Origin: Trichoplax adhaerens
Taxonomy: Eukaryota; Animalia; Placozoa
NCBI RefSeq assembly: GCF_000150275.1
Contig: NW_002060950.1
Span: forward strand, 1,476,106-1,540,105
Direction of reading: 5' to 3'
DNA length: 64,000 bases
Positions 43,001-57,875 of the stretch are shown here, piece after piece. A program made the position numbers and the translations under genes. The notes under the pieces are model-generated. The model saw nothing but the letters and a program-made list of their open reading frames with translations. It searched no databases and had not been told where the DNA came from. Position 1 is the stretch's first letter. Each line of letters starts with the position of its first letter.

Positions 43001-46000
43001 TCTTTTTCGACATGCTTGTCATTGTACTTTGCATACAACCCATATTATTGTAATAATTAATGGGTACACTTCTACAGCCAGCAGTTCTTTATACGTAATG
43101 CCGATGAAAAAGTATTAAAATATTAGTTCATAACCCCCATTTATTTGAATTATTGGCATATTACTGATGAAAAATTAACTTAAACCCTCTTTACCTTCTA
43201 ATTGAAAATTTCTCAATTGACTTTTCGACTATTCCTCGTACTTTTTCAAGTTTCTTACCAATGCTAATCCAGTAGTAGAAATTGCTTATATAAGTTTTTT
43301 CTATTGCAGTATAATATCGTTACATCATTATTCATAGTGACTTACACAGAGTTCATAAATGGCAAAGGCTTATGTCTTGAAGAATGCAAATATATACAGC
43401 GATTTGGTCGACCAGCTATGGGAATCAACGACGTATGCAATAACAAGGACGTTAAACCTTCTACTGCTATGCAGTTAGAATGATTCAGTTCAGAAATTTC
43501 CTAAGTGAATCAGAGAGATTAAAAAAGGTATAAAAATAGAATTCTTTCAAGATAGTAACGATCTTCCTCTAATACTGTATAAGGCTTAAAAAAATGATGC
43601 TAGAAAATTTACATCATTGGATGCATTTTCGGGTATTGAAGTCCCTAACACGCCTAACAGAGCAACCCAAATCTCTTCAAATTGTTGTCGTGATGTCCAA
43701 CCTAATACAAATAAAGGCATTAAAGTTGCTAAAGAAGTAACAAAATTTTTATCTCGATTTAATAACATTGACAGTAATGATATTTAGAGTACCTAGTAAA
43801 TTAATACGAAAAACAAAATCTTCAAGTATATCTTTTTCACAAAGATAATCAGGAGATAAAGGTGGCAAAGGTTCAGAAGGACGATACTGATTATCAGCAA
43901 GCCATCCCATTTTCCAAGCAAGTAATGGAACGCAACAATAGCTATTGAAAAGAGGCAAGCGAGCTAATCCAAGTAAGACGCTAATACATGGACCAATTAA
44001 AAATTGTGGGATTTGAAATACTGATCGATGGCTAGCGCTATAGCTAAAAATAGTGCGATGACTATGTAGTAGCTGTGATAGCTTATCACAAGCGTTAAAA
44101 ATCATAATATCATGGTCATTATTTATTGATTGCTGTATAAGGTCAGTGGATAAATTTGATGGCACCAAGACACTACCAGGTGATAAACCGATTGATATTA
44201 TTAAATCGTAAACAAATTGAACGCCTTGACATATAACTCGATGATAATCTGGGTTAGAATAAATGGACACATATTTCTTAGAGAATAAAGCCACTGAAGC
44301 GCAGGAAAGTGCCGAATAAAGTTCTTCATAGCAATAAATCAATTCAGTTATCATACGGCACGATACACCGAGTGACAATAACGCAAAGCGAGCAGCAGCT
44401 TCGCAAAACTCATCAGGTAAATGATAAACAGTTGTCAAATCCACTTCTGATTCCAATACTAGCGTTAGACATTTCGTTAGAGAATTTATGTCCTTAACAC
44501 GTTGAAAGTCGCGAATAATATTTTTGAATTCAATAAGGCTACTAAATTGAGTAGCAGATGTCTTGGTCTCGACTGTATCATGATCAGCGGAAGATAAATC
44601 AATATTTTGTGATAGGGCAGCTTGTTCTCGCTGATAATCATCACGATTTTTCTGTTCTGTTAGAATCATATTTAGTTGATCTGTTATCCTGCCCATAAGG
44701 ACTTTTTGGCACTCTAGAAAAAATTTACTGGGTTCGTGTTGATAACTGTCATTATCTAATTGATGTTGATTTTTATCATTATAGCCATTTGATCCACTTA
44801 CTTCAGCATCATCAGACTTTGAACGTTGAAATTCTGCTAGACACACAGTTATACAATCTTCCAGTAAACTTATATCAAAATCATGGCTATTTAATATTTC
44901 AATAGCATCTGACAATGGCAAATTACGCAGTAATAACGAATATTTCCGTGATGCGTTAATAGAATTTTTATCTTGGAAACATCGGTGCTTAATCATATCT
45001 AAAAACCAAACTTTATCAACTTGGATTGTAGGATTTAGGCTACATTGACGACTGAGTTGACTAATTTCATCTCCATTAATTGTAACATGATTTAAGACCC
45101 GAATAATAAGCGATTTTAATCTTAAATGACGATTTAACTTAAATGTATCTTTCAAAAATTGGGTTAATACATCTGCTTTGCCATCAGCCAATTGTTGTTG
45201 ACAATCTTCAACAGATTCAGTCAATAAAAAATCCAAACGATTGCAAGCTAAAGTCTCAAATAACCTTCCAATACAGCGATGATGAGTATCTAATAATTTA
45301 GTTACGATTAGACTAATAAGTGAGCCGGTTAAACTGTCATGAATATCTGACAGACAACGTACCAATTTTCTGCCGAAGGATGGTTTCGATAACAAATTTA
45401 TCATGGAAAACTTTAATCCATCAGCTACACCTTGTAAAAAGATACCACTTAATTCGACGTCGCCGTTAATATTATTAAGTAAATTAATAGCTGGAGGTTC
45501 AAACGATAATTCAACAATATTTAGTGCATAATTCGATATAAACCATGGCAAAATTTGCTTAAAGGTGGGTCCTTGGTAATAAGATTGTAAGGAGTCCGAC
45601 AGTAGCAATATAATACCACGACGAATAACTTCGTGACTACAACTAGGGAGCTTATTTACGGCTCGTAACGCTATCTTTGATACATATTCACCACGTAGTA
45701 ATAATTGCTCCCACCACCCTTTATCAGTAAATTCAAGCTGCAATAATAACTCGCACCAATCAAGCACTAATCTCGGCATACTCTGACGTAAATCAAGTAT
45801 TAAACTATTAATTTGACCTATAATAGTGTTTCCGTAACCTTCTTGTTGATAATTTTTAATTAATGATTTGGCTTGCTGAGTAAATTTTCTGTATACGGCT
45901 TTTTTAATAATATATTTTAGATACAGAAATAATAAATGTATTTCAGCTCCTAAAAATGCATACTTTGATTCTTCATTACTAGGGGTTGTGATACTTTCAA

Positions 46001-49000
46001 CTAATTTCCCAGTTGCATTCTTAATGACGTAAAATATGAACTGGGTCAACACATCAACAGCGTTATAATTAGATCGTTCCAGGTCTTCATTTGACAAAGT
46101 AAATTGTCTGTCATCGATGTGCATTTCTTCAATACGACCGAGTATGGTATCTTCATCAGCGCGTAGCAAAAATATGTGAAAAATAATCAAAATGCTAGCT
46201 AGCCAACGATGAACCTTTACTTCACTTTCCATATTGGCTGGTGTAAAAAATGCTTTAACTAGCATATCAATAGGCCTCAGCGAAATTGGCATTACCATTT
46301 CAAAGAATCGATGTAATACATGCAAAGCGTGGATGGAATCAACATTAACCTATTTCGTATAAGACCATATAGTATTCATAACATTATTAGTATACTTTAT
46401 CAAGGATATTCATCTGAATATATTTCATTATCAGATGCTAAATATATTTATATATGGATGGACCTGCAATTTCGTCAGCAACGGAAGTAGGAAATCTACC
46501 ATTTGGCGTGAAATGCGCTTCCAACGATTCTCTTCATCGCGACACGATGACAGTATAACTAGGCATAACTCAACCGTCTGAATTGCAATAATAGTATAGA
46601 ATTAGCTAATATCGTTAAATAAGCATCTATCCCATACCATTACATTTGTGATAAAAAAGACAAAAACTAAATTTTTAACTTGAAATTATATTAGCGGCAC
46701 CTCATGATGATCCATCAATTTCATTAGAGTTGCAATAACAACTTCTCTTTGAGCGTCCAATTGTTTACCTTCTTCACCTTTCGGCTTTAGTAAGGAACGT
46801 ACGTTGAATAAGTCAAACACCACAGGCCGAAATGCAGGAATGACTAAAAACATTACAGTTAGAAAAAATAACTGTTACGGATATTTAATGGGTAAAAAAT
46901 ATTGTATTACTATCGACGTGAATAACTTAAAGTTCCATGCTAATATTCATACCATGAGCAGGTGCTAACTGTCCGCTTGCCATTATACCGTCAGACAATT
47001 GAAGTATGCGAGGTATACCAACAATAGGTTCGAGATTCATTCGCTCGTACGACAAAAGTATCAAGAACTGAAATATACTTGGGATTATATTCTCGCTCTC
47101 TCTATTATTGACAAGGAGCAAAGCTTAGAATTAGTGCCAGATTGTAGTAAAGTGGGTATTGAATAACTTTTTTAAAGAATTATATTATTTAAATAAGCGA
47201 ATACTTCATTTGTCCAGCTTCTATTAACTCAAATTGCCGCAAAATAAAGTTAACGAAGGACTAGAATGAGATGCAAATAATCTACGTTAATACTGTAGAC
47301 ATGTCAAAATCTCGTTTTAAAAATTCGAGAAAGTAAGTTTTATTATTAAAATTTTTAAATATTTTTTACCTGATCCGCATCCAGTAACGAATAGTTGACC
47401 CTTATCTTGATAAGCTGCGCAAGCAAGTGAAGAATTTGTTGCTGTAAGTCTACACTACTTGTGAAGGTGTATTGTTTCAGTGCATGGATTACTAACGGTT
47501 CAAAGATACGGATAAGCTGGACGGGGCGCTATTATTCATCGCAAGGCAATCAGAGTGCAAATATTAGCGGTCTTTCGGCGTAAATTCGGTAAAGTAAGAC
47601 ACATTAAAGTATTATCACTATTCTAGTTCAGAACCTTGTTATCGGCCCTTCCTCCTGTTTCTGATGCTGGTAATCGACTGTGTGATTTGATCGTAACAGC
47701 GTCTTCCTCGAGTTGAAAATCATCTTGGCTATTCTTTATACCAATCATTTTAATAGCAAATTGTTTTAAAGGCAATTCTGAGTAGATTTGGTGAAAACCT
47801 GTAAAGATATCCTTAGCTGCTTTATTCGTGTATCTATTTCTGCAAACGTTGACTGGTATTTGCCAAGGATTAGTCGCTGCATTTATACTGAACAAACATC
47901 TAATAAACTTGACATAAAAAATATTTACAACGTGATTATAATTTTGGATGTGCCGGATCACTTTTGTTTCATCAATTTCGAAGGGTGCCTTACCTGTTGG
48001 ACGCAACGTAATGTTGCAGCAGATTCTCTCTTAATGCATGCTTGCATATAATTAACAAATTCTTCTACATACTATATAGATAGATTGCATGTTGATTAAT
48101 TTATGAACAAATGTAGATACACGAATATGCTCCGATACCTTTATACTATTATTGATATTTGAATATTGTGTCTACCTACCCGACCACTTTCATTTAACGT
48201 CGCAACTTCAAGAATTTTGCTAAAGGAAGTCAACGTAGTTTTGAGTAAGTTAGCGAATTTATCCTCGGATTCATTTGTAGCTAAGGAAGACTGATGGTAA
48301 GAAAGTAAGTCATAAGTCGTTAATAATAACATTTGTAGTCGGTAGCTAGACAATGGGAAAAAAGCAAGAGAAATTTGGAACCATAATTATAACTAATTAG
48401 TAACAACATTAATCAAGCATTATATTTCAGTCGAAAACTAAAGTAAAAATACAGTAATAGAGATTCTTCAAAATTATAACAGCAATATCATTGATGAAAT
48501 TTTCATACAATTAATGGACAAATAGCTACGAAAAACGATATTAAAATTTCTCATCATTATAATTAATCGACTATAAGTAATGAATAGAACATGCCACTGC
48601 AGTGTTTCGGATTATATCGGCAAATGAATGTACCTATTGCTTACCTGATAGCTTGATTGAACATTTCTTAATTCTTCATATAGTTTAAAATAGTGCGCTA
48701 CATTTACAAATTGGCCAACTATTCCATTATCTGCAATTCGACCGGATCTTGTTGAGGTAAAGTCGCTGGTATCATTTGATGGAGTTAACTCTTTTTTATC
48801 ATTGACTACAGCACCAGACTCACCGCGATTACGAAATGAAAACCGCTTCTTTGGAGATACAACAGCAGCTAACGAACCAGCAGATGCACTAGCCGTTAAT
48901 CCGGCAATACTACCACTTTTTTCACGTAAAAACTCTTTAGCCTTTTGTGTTTGTGGAATAGTCGTTGGCAAATCATCTATAACGTGCGTAAAAATATTAA

Positions 49001-52000
49001 GTAATCGTGAAATATGTGCGAATAGTTGGTTTGCCAATGGCACCAACAAGAAATCGCTTAACGCAGGCCAACTTTCTGTAATTTCAAATTTTCCATTCTC
49101 GCCATCACTTGTTAAGATTGAGTTGAAGGAAGCACCAACTAGTAGATTACATGCCAAAATAAGTACATCATTATGAGTCTGTAAGTCAAACGTAACCCAT
49201 GACGACGTTAGTAATGATACCATTAACGGTAACGGACCACTACCATTACTACCGCTAATATCATCTAAACTACCAAAGCTATTTTGACGTGATACGTTAT
49301 TAGTATTGGCAGACAAATCTCCCTTTGGCTTACTTCGATGGTAACCCCAAGCAGAGCTATACTTATCAACTGGATAATTATTAGATAGTATAGATAAAGC
49401 GTGTAGGCAACCTGTCATAAAATATTTTGATGATGTTATGTGTAGCTTGGCTAATAAAGAATTAATTATACGCGAAAGGTTAGCCAGGGTAATGTCATCA
49501 ATATATTCATGTCGATCATCAGTTTTTGTTACTGCTGAACCTTTGGTTAACAATGATAGATTCTTGCTCATGTCATGCTCGTAATTTAATATATTAACAT
49601 CGTCTACTAAGGATTGTTGTGCAGCAGCCGTAATATAATCACCTTTAGGGTGATCGATTGGATAAAACAGATGAGGAATAATTTTAACTAATGTTGTTGT
49701 TGTTGCTTGTCGCACACGAATATCTTCATCACCTAATAGCAACATGATAACTTCATCAATGACTTGTTGTTGAGTACAAGGCGAACAATATGATCGCAAA
49801 AAGTCAATATTTGCACGACTTTGGTGCCAATAGTGCAACAAAGTGAAATCTAATTCAGTCAAAATATCCAGTAACTTAACGCGAACAAGCCAATACGGAT
49901 GAATTTTTAATTGAAGTACGGTAGCAATAATATTCCATGACAATTGACTCTCATCACTCTTCATTAGTGAATTTAGGCATAATTTAACGCCTTGTATTGC
50001 CATACCAATAACAACTGATGATTCATCTTTCAATAGTAATAATAAGAGATTTACAAAATTTTCAAGGTAAACTTCATGTTCATTCTTAAATTGTTGCGAC
50101 AAACAACTGTGTAACCATAAATCATAGTGATATCCAGCAACAATCAGTGAGGTCTTAATATAATTGCCGATAAGTAGGGCGATATTACCACGTAATTTTG
50201 GATCAGAATGATTAGCGTATTGTAATACATCCCGGACACGATAGATTTCAAATGCTTGATCATTACGCCCCTCTTGATAACTCGCTATTGATTGTGCATA
50301 AAGCGGAGCGATAAAAGCTTGTGGACAAAATCCTAAAGCTTGAGATACACAATTTAACGACAAAACCTTGACACTTACACGGATAATTTTATCGGGTATT
50401 AATTGACCATTTTCACCATCCAATAGAAATGATGTGCATAGCATACGAATGCACGAAACAATTGGAGCTTTATTACTATCCACCAATCTATCCCATATTC
50501 TCGAAATATCACTACCTTCTATAGAAGGGCGACTAATATCACTACTGTCATCTGCTAAGCTATCCTCCTCATTTGCTTCTGTTACGGGTTGACTCACACC
50601 AGCTGAATCTTGATTAGTAGTAGTAGCATCAGAGCTCTGATTTAAATTAAGTTGGACAGCTACGTTGTCGGCTAGATCAATCTCAACTGATATATTATTG
50701 CCTCCTTTAACAACTGCATCTGGAGCTAAGCTATCTTTATTCTCAACGGCTGATATCGCTGGGTCTATACTTGCTTCTACATTGTCTGCCTTAGATTCTA
50801 ACTGATCGAGATTACTACTTGATTTATTAGGAACAATCTCATGGCTGCTTCCAATACGAGCGATATTGATCATTAAAGTATCATCTGGATCAGATAGTAA
50901 CAGAGACAGTAATGACTTAGGTGGTGATTTCAGTATCAGTTGGAGAGTTTCAAGAGCAGCTGTGACAACATTATGGTTAGTATGCTTTAAGCAGGCCATC
51001 ACAATTCCGTACATCTACAACAGTGAAAGGTGCAATAATTCAAAATGAGGAATAACAAATTTCATTTGAAATCTTTCCCATCAAATCATTATTAAATATT
51101 TGATTAATAATCTAGGTTTCTTTCGAATTATGGCTAAATAAGTAATACTGTATCTAATTGCAATACGGTACTGCGAATTCCTATATTTATATAACAGTCA
51201 GAAAAAGCATTTACCTTAATCAGATGCATGATGTTAACCGGAGAGGAATCTGCATTTTCCGTGATGATTCCACCGATAGTGCCATGAATTCCTCCACTAA
51301 CTGTATCTTTAATAGGTTTCGATAAATATGGTACAATACTACGTAGACATAATAATGTACCAAGCAGTAAGAAATTCTGCTGATAAACATTTTGTAGCGG
51401 TAGTAAAATATCTAGAAGAAAAATTGAATAAATAGATAAATAGCTAAGCCATGTCAAGAACATAAATTAAATTACTATTCCGAAAATAAATATTACCAAT
51501 CAGCTCACTAACGAGCCAAGAAAAGAAATAATTGGGCTTCGTAGTATGCCTACATAATAATGTAACAGCAGAAGCAGCGGTACGTCTGGCAGTGGCAGAA
51601 CTCGATTTGATGTTTATCAAAAAATTTCTAATCAATATCTAAATGTGTCATATACCGATAGATAGGGAGACAAACAGTGAATTTCTATCCAGTTAAGTTG
51701 TCCAAAAGTATAGCTTCCACAAATATAACAGTATCTTAAAAATTCGTATAAAGCATTTACCTTTACTTCTGAATCATTGATGAATTTTCCAAAAACCGGG
51801 CAAATTTTTTGCAATGCAGAAGCAACAGTATCCTAACAACACAGTAAACTCACTGATTCATAGCTTAAAAGGTATAATAAAGCAAAATGTAACTCCTATT
51901 GTAAAACAACAGCTAAATGCTGTAATTGAAATAAGTTGTGCGTGATAACCAATATACCTGAACAGAATCATCTTGTCTCTTACAAATTCTGACAATTCGT

Positions 52001-54804
52001 GGAAGAGCATTAAGCGCAAATGTTCTATTATGAATCATTTTATAGTGTTTGATGTAATTAAAGTGGTAAAAATGCATAGTTTTTAAAATGCGCTATCATA
52101 TCCAGTTATTATGACAATTGTTGAAGTAACACCAATGCTATTGTCTATCGAGTAATCTGATTGATATAGTTATCCGTACTATGCTAACCTGCATTTTTGC
52201 GGTCTGATTAGATGGCACAAGTCTGCAAACCGCCATAAGGCAGCTCTCAATGATCTTGATGTTCCATTCTACTCCAAGGGTAAATATATATACACATATA
52301 AGTTTACGCATCGTCATATCATACTACATTTCAATCTACAGTGTGTACTGAACATGGATTCGCTACTAGCTCATACATATACGCAACATATAGTACTATA
52401 CAGTACCACTATTCCAATACTTAGTTAATATACTGTTCATACTGTACATCATCATATAGTATACTAAAAGTTATATAAACTTTCTATAACTAATACGGCA
52501 CTACATAACGATTATTAACAACGTAATGCGTACCTTTTTAATTTCCTTATACAACTCGATATGCACTCGTCCAATATTAATATCCATTAAAACCTTACAT
52601 AAATAAACAAAACCGATAATGAACGAACAAGTACACGCTTAACCTATAAAATGATCAACGCATATGTCTGTACTTTGATGGTTTTATTTAAGACTTCATC
52701 TGCTATCATGCGAACATCCGATTCGGAGTCATCACAAGCTATCAATAAAATCTCAATGGCAATGCTAATTAATTTACCAAATTCTGGTAAACTCCTATTA
52801 TTTAAACGAAAGAAATGCAAAAATGCTTTATTTAGTAGGATCAATCATGTTATTTAGCCTATTATTACGAAAAAATATGCTTTCTTTCTGTTTTTATTAT
52901 ATGCGTACAGTGTTTCTAGCAAGAAATGATTGAAGTTAGTTGTTAACATACACAATATCAGTAGTGTATGCAATATTAACTATATCACCTTTTTCTGTGA
53001 TCTGGGCAATTATTATCTCAATTATACAGAGTTTAAGACCGAGGCTTATAACAATATTAATAATGTAGTATTCTACTAAATTGGTAATCCAGAATTCAAA
53101 ATTTTATCAACACAAATCAAGTATACCATTTCCATACCAGTTGGAGCAGATAAATTATTTACGGAATACTAATTTAATTGGAAGACAATCGTTCAATTGA
53201 CAATAAGGTCAATGGTACTATAGAGCTTACCTTAACATCATATATGGGTATTGATTATATCATGAGAGTAGCTAAATAATACTTAGTGAATAAATGATCA
53301 CTGCCACTACATTGTATTATTCTATACCAGAGATGTTGAGTTCATGCGATGTAGAATGATATTAAATTTAATACGCTCAATTCTAATTTACAAAGGGAGT
53401 GGATTGTAGATGTCATTATGTCAATGATAACTGATTCTATGTAAATGAAGATGTAATCTGTCCTTGCATAGATTGGATGATAACAAGGCCAACTAATGTT
53501 ATGGAATATGACAATTCATAGCTATGGAGCACACAGGTCTCCTAAACAAATGACTACAGTATACAAAACAGTCAATCCTTCTTAGAAATGCAACGTGTCA
53601 TTCACATTCTAATGGAAGCCTCATCTATACTGTACCCTCCAAAATGAAATTGTTACTACTGATTACCACTAATTTACCCAAATTTAAATAGCTAACACCA
53701 CCAACTCGATAATAACGTATTAATACAACTTATGGTGTATAACATAACAGGCAGTGGGGCAATGATATTATTACTGTATCTTGATATGTATTTTCATTAT
53801 CTGCAGTATCGACAAATAAGTAGAAAGAGACCGCTATCTATTAACACGGGTGCACTCTCTAGTACAGTACAGTACTACGGTACTGTAATTTGTAGACAGT
53901 TAAAATTGTAATAATTCACAGCCAGACATAGAGTATTTGATAAAGTTAGGCACAGATTCATGTTACTTTTTAGTATGATGGTCTAACAGCTAAATACATT
54001 ATTGTCCATTTCCTATTTGTTCTGTATGATTTGACGCCAAAAATGGTAAATAGCATGCATGGTACAACATAAGATTATCCTATCCAATTAGGTTATCAAG
54101 TAATAGATATAGATAAGGTTTGATCAACTTACTTAATACTTGGTGTATTGATTAATTCAGGTATGGAAGAGCAAAAGAAAATACGTTCCTTCGTAGTCAG
54201 TACTTCTTTTTTCCTACAATTAGTGTCATTATAATAATCGTCATCATCAGCGATTGAGCAAAAAAGAAATTAGTCCAAATATCAAAACAACAATAAGACG
54301 CGTCATTAATCCTCTATGTTTATCTACTATTTCACTGGAATGTAATCCTAAACGATAGTCATATCAAGTTTCGATCATTTGCATGATGAATACTTTAATG
54401 CATATTACATATTTGAAAGTGAAGAATGAATAACATGAGGGTATGGGCATAATTAAATTATATTCAGTAAGCATGTCATTGCATTCAATGATGCTTATGG
54501 TATAGACAAATGCAGGCTAGCAATACACATCATCTGCAGATCCAACTTTCTCTATTAGAAACACTATTTATCATTGATCACTACACTAGTAGACAAATCT
54601 AACTATGGCATTAGTAATCTAGCCAAATAGGATGAATAAGGAAGAGTTAAAAGGGGGGAAAAAAAGATAATTTGAACAGCCATTTTCTATGCCAATATTG
54701 ACCAACAGTCATGACCTAACTCACCTTGGATCTTCCTCAGGAGCACCTTCATAATAATTTTTTAATGCTTCAAAAGCTCTCAGTAGCTTATCTGCAGCAG
54801 ACAT
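40042..54804 (-). CDS. HTT: Huntingtin (multi-exon; span given)
   Basis: Exon 1 (54725-54804) encodes the N17-like [17 protein letters not shown]. Other HTT-like segments: [106 protein letters not shown]. Last exon ends [17 protein letters not shown] (stop 40042-40044). Confidence 0.95.
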
Positions 54805-55841
54805 TTTGGTCGTTTTTAATACCACTCAGTATCTCTAAGCTAATAAATCAATGGCACCATGAGTAGAAATGATTGGATAATGGAAATAATTTTGCTTTTT
54901 CCTTCCTCCTCACTCGGTTAGTTGGTAGCAGAAAGCGCCATTGCACCTTGTCAGTGCTACTGCTGAGTAATGACTGACTTTTCACTGTAGTATTTATACC
55001 CAGTCCAGACTACCGCTCATACAGTACTAGTATGATTTGAATCTTCTTTCAGTACTGTACTAGTACAGTATGGCCTTGGCTCTTCTTTGACCGCTGACGT
55101 CAACGCAGGACAGTTTCCGTCCGTCTAAAACATGCCCTACGATGGCGTTGTCGAGAGATGCGAGTACAGTAAAAAAATGGTGGAGTCCCACTACTTGGCT
55201 GCTTATTTGAACTCCTATACAGTGTCCATGATAGTCCTCTAAGATTGAGCTAGTTCGTTGGTTTTATATAGTGTAGTAATGTCTATGCTTTCCATGATAG
55301 TGTAGACGTAGAATGATCAGAAAAATGATCAGCCCTTGTCGTCCCTTTGTCTTTCTTCATGACTAGCGTAGTCCCTGATTGATCGTACTAAAATACTGTA
55401 CTGCCTACTGTAGACAGTGTCGACGATTGTCATGGTTATCCCAATCAGCTTCTATACAGTCCACTATATACTGTACAGTTTCACCAGTGGAGTAGAGTAG
55501 AATGACCAGAAAAATAAGCGGCTTCAGCATGACCATATGACCCTATGACCACTATTTTGCACTGAATGGCCACTTCTCCTTCCCTTAAAATAGTCCCTGT
55601 GACTCTGTGAGTAGTCGTTGGCGAAACAGGACAAACGACTTCTTCTTAAATTAATTAAATGATCTACTATGGTCGAGGATTAGACAAGCCTAAATCCAGT
55701 CTAAGCTCAGATACGATATCCTAACGTTGATTCCTACGATATCAAACACCAGCGACTACTCAACTTCTTTTTTCATAATTTTCATACTCAATACTTTAAT
55801 TGGAATTTGTAGTATAGTATTAAGAATGGCCGCAGTCATAG

Positions 55842-55865
55842 CCGGCCATTCCTAGGAATGGCCGG
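55842..55865. repeat. Perfect 24-bp palindrome CCGGCCATTCCTAGGAATGGCCGG within a cluster of (a/g)GAATGGCCG motifs (55822-55927)
   Basis: The sequence is its own reverse complement. Further half-site copies lie at ~55822, ~55875 and ~55911. Confidence 0.85.
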
Positions 55866-55929
55866 AGTCTTAGCATTGGCCGTGACCAATCTTAAGGACA
55901 AAATCATTCTTAGGAATGGCCGTAACATA

Positions 55930-56510
55930 TATATATATTCCCGCGCAAAAACTAGTCCCTAACTTGATTAAGAAAAATTAAGAAAACATATTAAGTCTCA
56001 ATTCTTGGCATCTCTCTCACTCTTCTATTTCTTAAAATTCGTATTTTACTTTATTCTCGTCTAATGCACTAGTTGATCCTAAATACTTTCAGTATGGTAC
56101 TGTATATATATATTCCCGCGCAAAAACTAGTTCCTAATTTGATTAAAAAAAAATTAAGAAAACATATTACGTCTCAATTCTTGGCATCTCTCTCTCTTCT
56201 ATTTCTTAAAATTCGTATTTTACTTTATTCTCGTCTAATGCACTAGTTGATCCTAAATACTTTCATTGTAATTTATTTCTACTAGTCCCTTACTCTATAG
56301 AAAACGTGTTACGTCTCAATTCTTGGCGTCTCTCTCTCTCTCTTCTATTTCTTAAAATTCGTATTTTACGTTATTCTCGTCTAATGCACTAGTTGATCCC
56401 TAAATACTTTCATTGTAATTTATTTCTACTAGTCCCTTACTCTATAGAAAACGTGTTACATCTCAATTCTTTGCAACTCTCCCTCCTCTAATTTCTTAAT
56501 ATTCGTTTTT
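55930..56510. repeat. Minisatellite, ~4 copies of 145-175 bp with a variable (CT)n core
   Basis: tctcaattcttggc.(tc)n.ttctatttcttaaaattcgtattttac.ttattctcgtctaatgcactagttgatcc at ~55995, 56170 and 56313, with a partial copy at 56460. Confidence 0.9.
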
Positions 56511-56945
56511 TGCTCATTTTTGGACTTCCCACCCAATAAAAAGAGGATATACTATATGTAGTACGCGCAATGTAACGACCGAGTGATCTACTAGTATATA
56601 ATAATAACTACAAACACGTGGATACGAAGCGTATAGCAAATTTTATAGTGTTGGAATGATCATTTCCAGCTTCGATCTCATTTTTAAAAGTGACATTTGA
56701 TAACTTGACATGATTTGCTCATTTAATATCTTCATATAGCAGTTACAGTAGTTAGCACTGTCCTGCACTTGAATAAATATTTTGCCCGTTTAAAATTTCT
56801 ACCCAACTTTTTTTGTCCACCGCCCACTGCAGTACACTGGTAGTAAGCATTGCTCTTCTGAAAGCCTAAATTGTTTACAGTTTGCAGGTCGAGTATTGCG
56901 ATTTCAAAGTAAGGTAATTGGTGTAGAAATCGCCGTCTTGGACCC

Positions 56946-57875
56946 ATTTTTATGCTAATGATATCACATTATTTATTCAAAGTATTTTGTCATAGAAAGA
57001 GTTCTTACCAGCTTGACTTATTAGTACCCTGTTAATTAGATAGTGCAAGCCAAATCATGCTTTATATTGTCATAAATGAACGAAAATTTGCTCATCAAGT
57101 CTAGACAGCTTAGCAGAGTTTGCAAAAGGAATGAGCTTTGCATCCAAATAAAAGTGAGATAGGATTGCTGTAAAAGCACGAATAGTGTCACTCAATATAT
57201 TTTTATGCTAATGATATCACTTTTTTTTATTCAAAGTATTCTGTCCTAGAAGGACTTATTACCAGCTTGACTTATTAGTATCCTGTTAATTAGATAGTGC
57301 AAGCCAAATCATGCTTAATATTGTCATAAATGAACGAAAATTCGCCTATTAAATCTAGACAGCTTAGCAGAGTTTTGCAAAAGGAATGAGCTTCGCATCC
57401 AAATGAAAGTGAGGTAGGATTGCTATAAAAGCACGAATAGTTCAATACAGTATTCTGTCCCAGAAAGAGTTATTACCAGCTTGACTTATTAGTATCCAGT
57501 TAAATAGATAGTGCAAGCCAAATCATACTTTATATTGTCATAAATGAGCGAAAATGAGCTCATTAAATCTAGACAGCTTAACAGAGTTTTGAACTTCGCA
57601 TCCAAATGAAAGTGAGGTAGGATTGCTGTAAAAGCACGAATAGTGCCATACAGTATTCTGTCCCAGAAAGAGTTATTACCAGCTTGACTTATTAGTATCC
57701 AGTTAAATAGATAGTGCAAGCCAAATCATGCTTTATATTGTCATAAATGAGCGAAAATGAGCTCATTAAAATCGAGACAGCTTAGCAGAGTTTTGCAAAA
57801 AGGAATGAGCTTAGCATTCAAATAAAAGTGAGATAGGATTGTTGCAAATGCACGAATAGGGCCATACCATACAGT
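56946..57875. repeat. Tandem repeat, 4 copies of ~200-250 bp
   Basis: ttaccagcttgacttattagta...gatagtgcaagccaaatcat.ctt.atattgtcataaatga at ~57005, 57260, 57473 and 57676. Confidence 0.92.

Noticed and set aside
43749-51014. The 858 aa and 800 aa ORFs as separate genes, or as bacterial-derived genes
   Set aside because: Both are bounded by AG/GT splice sites and are colinear parts of huntingtin.
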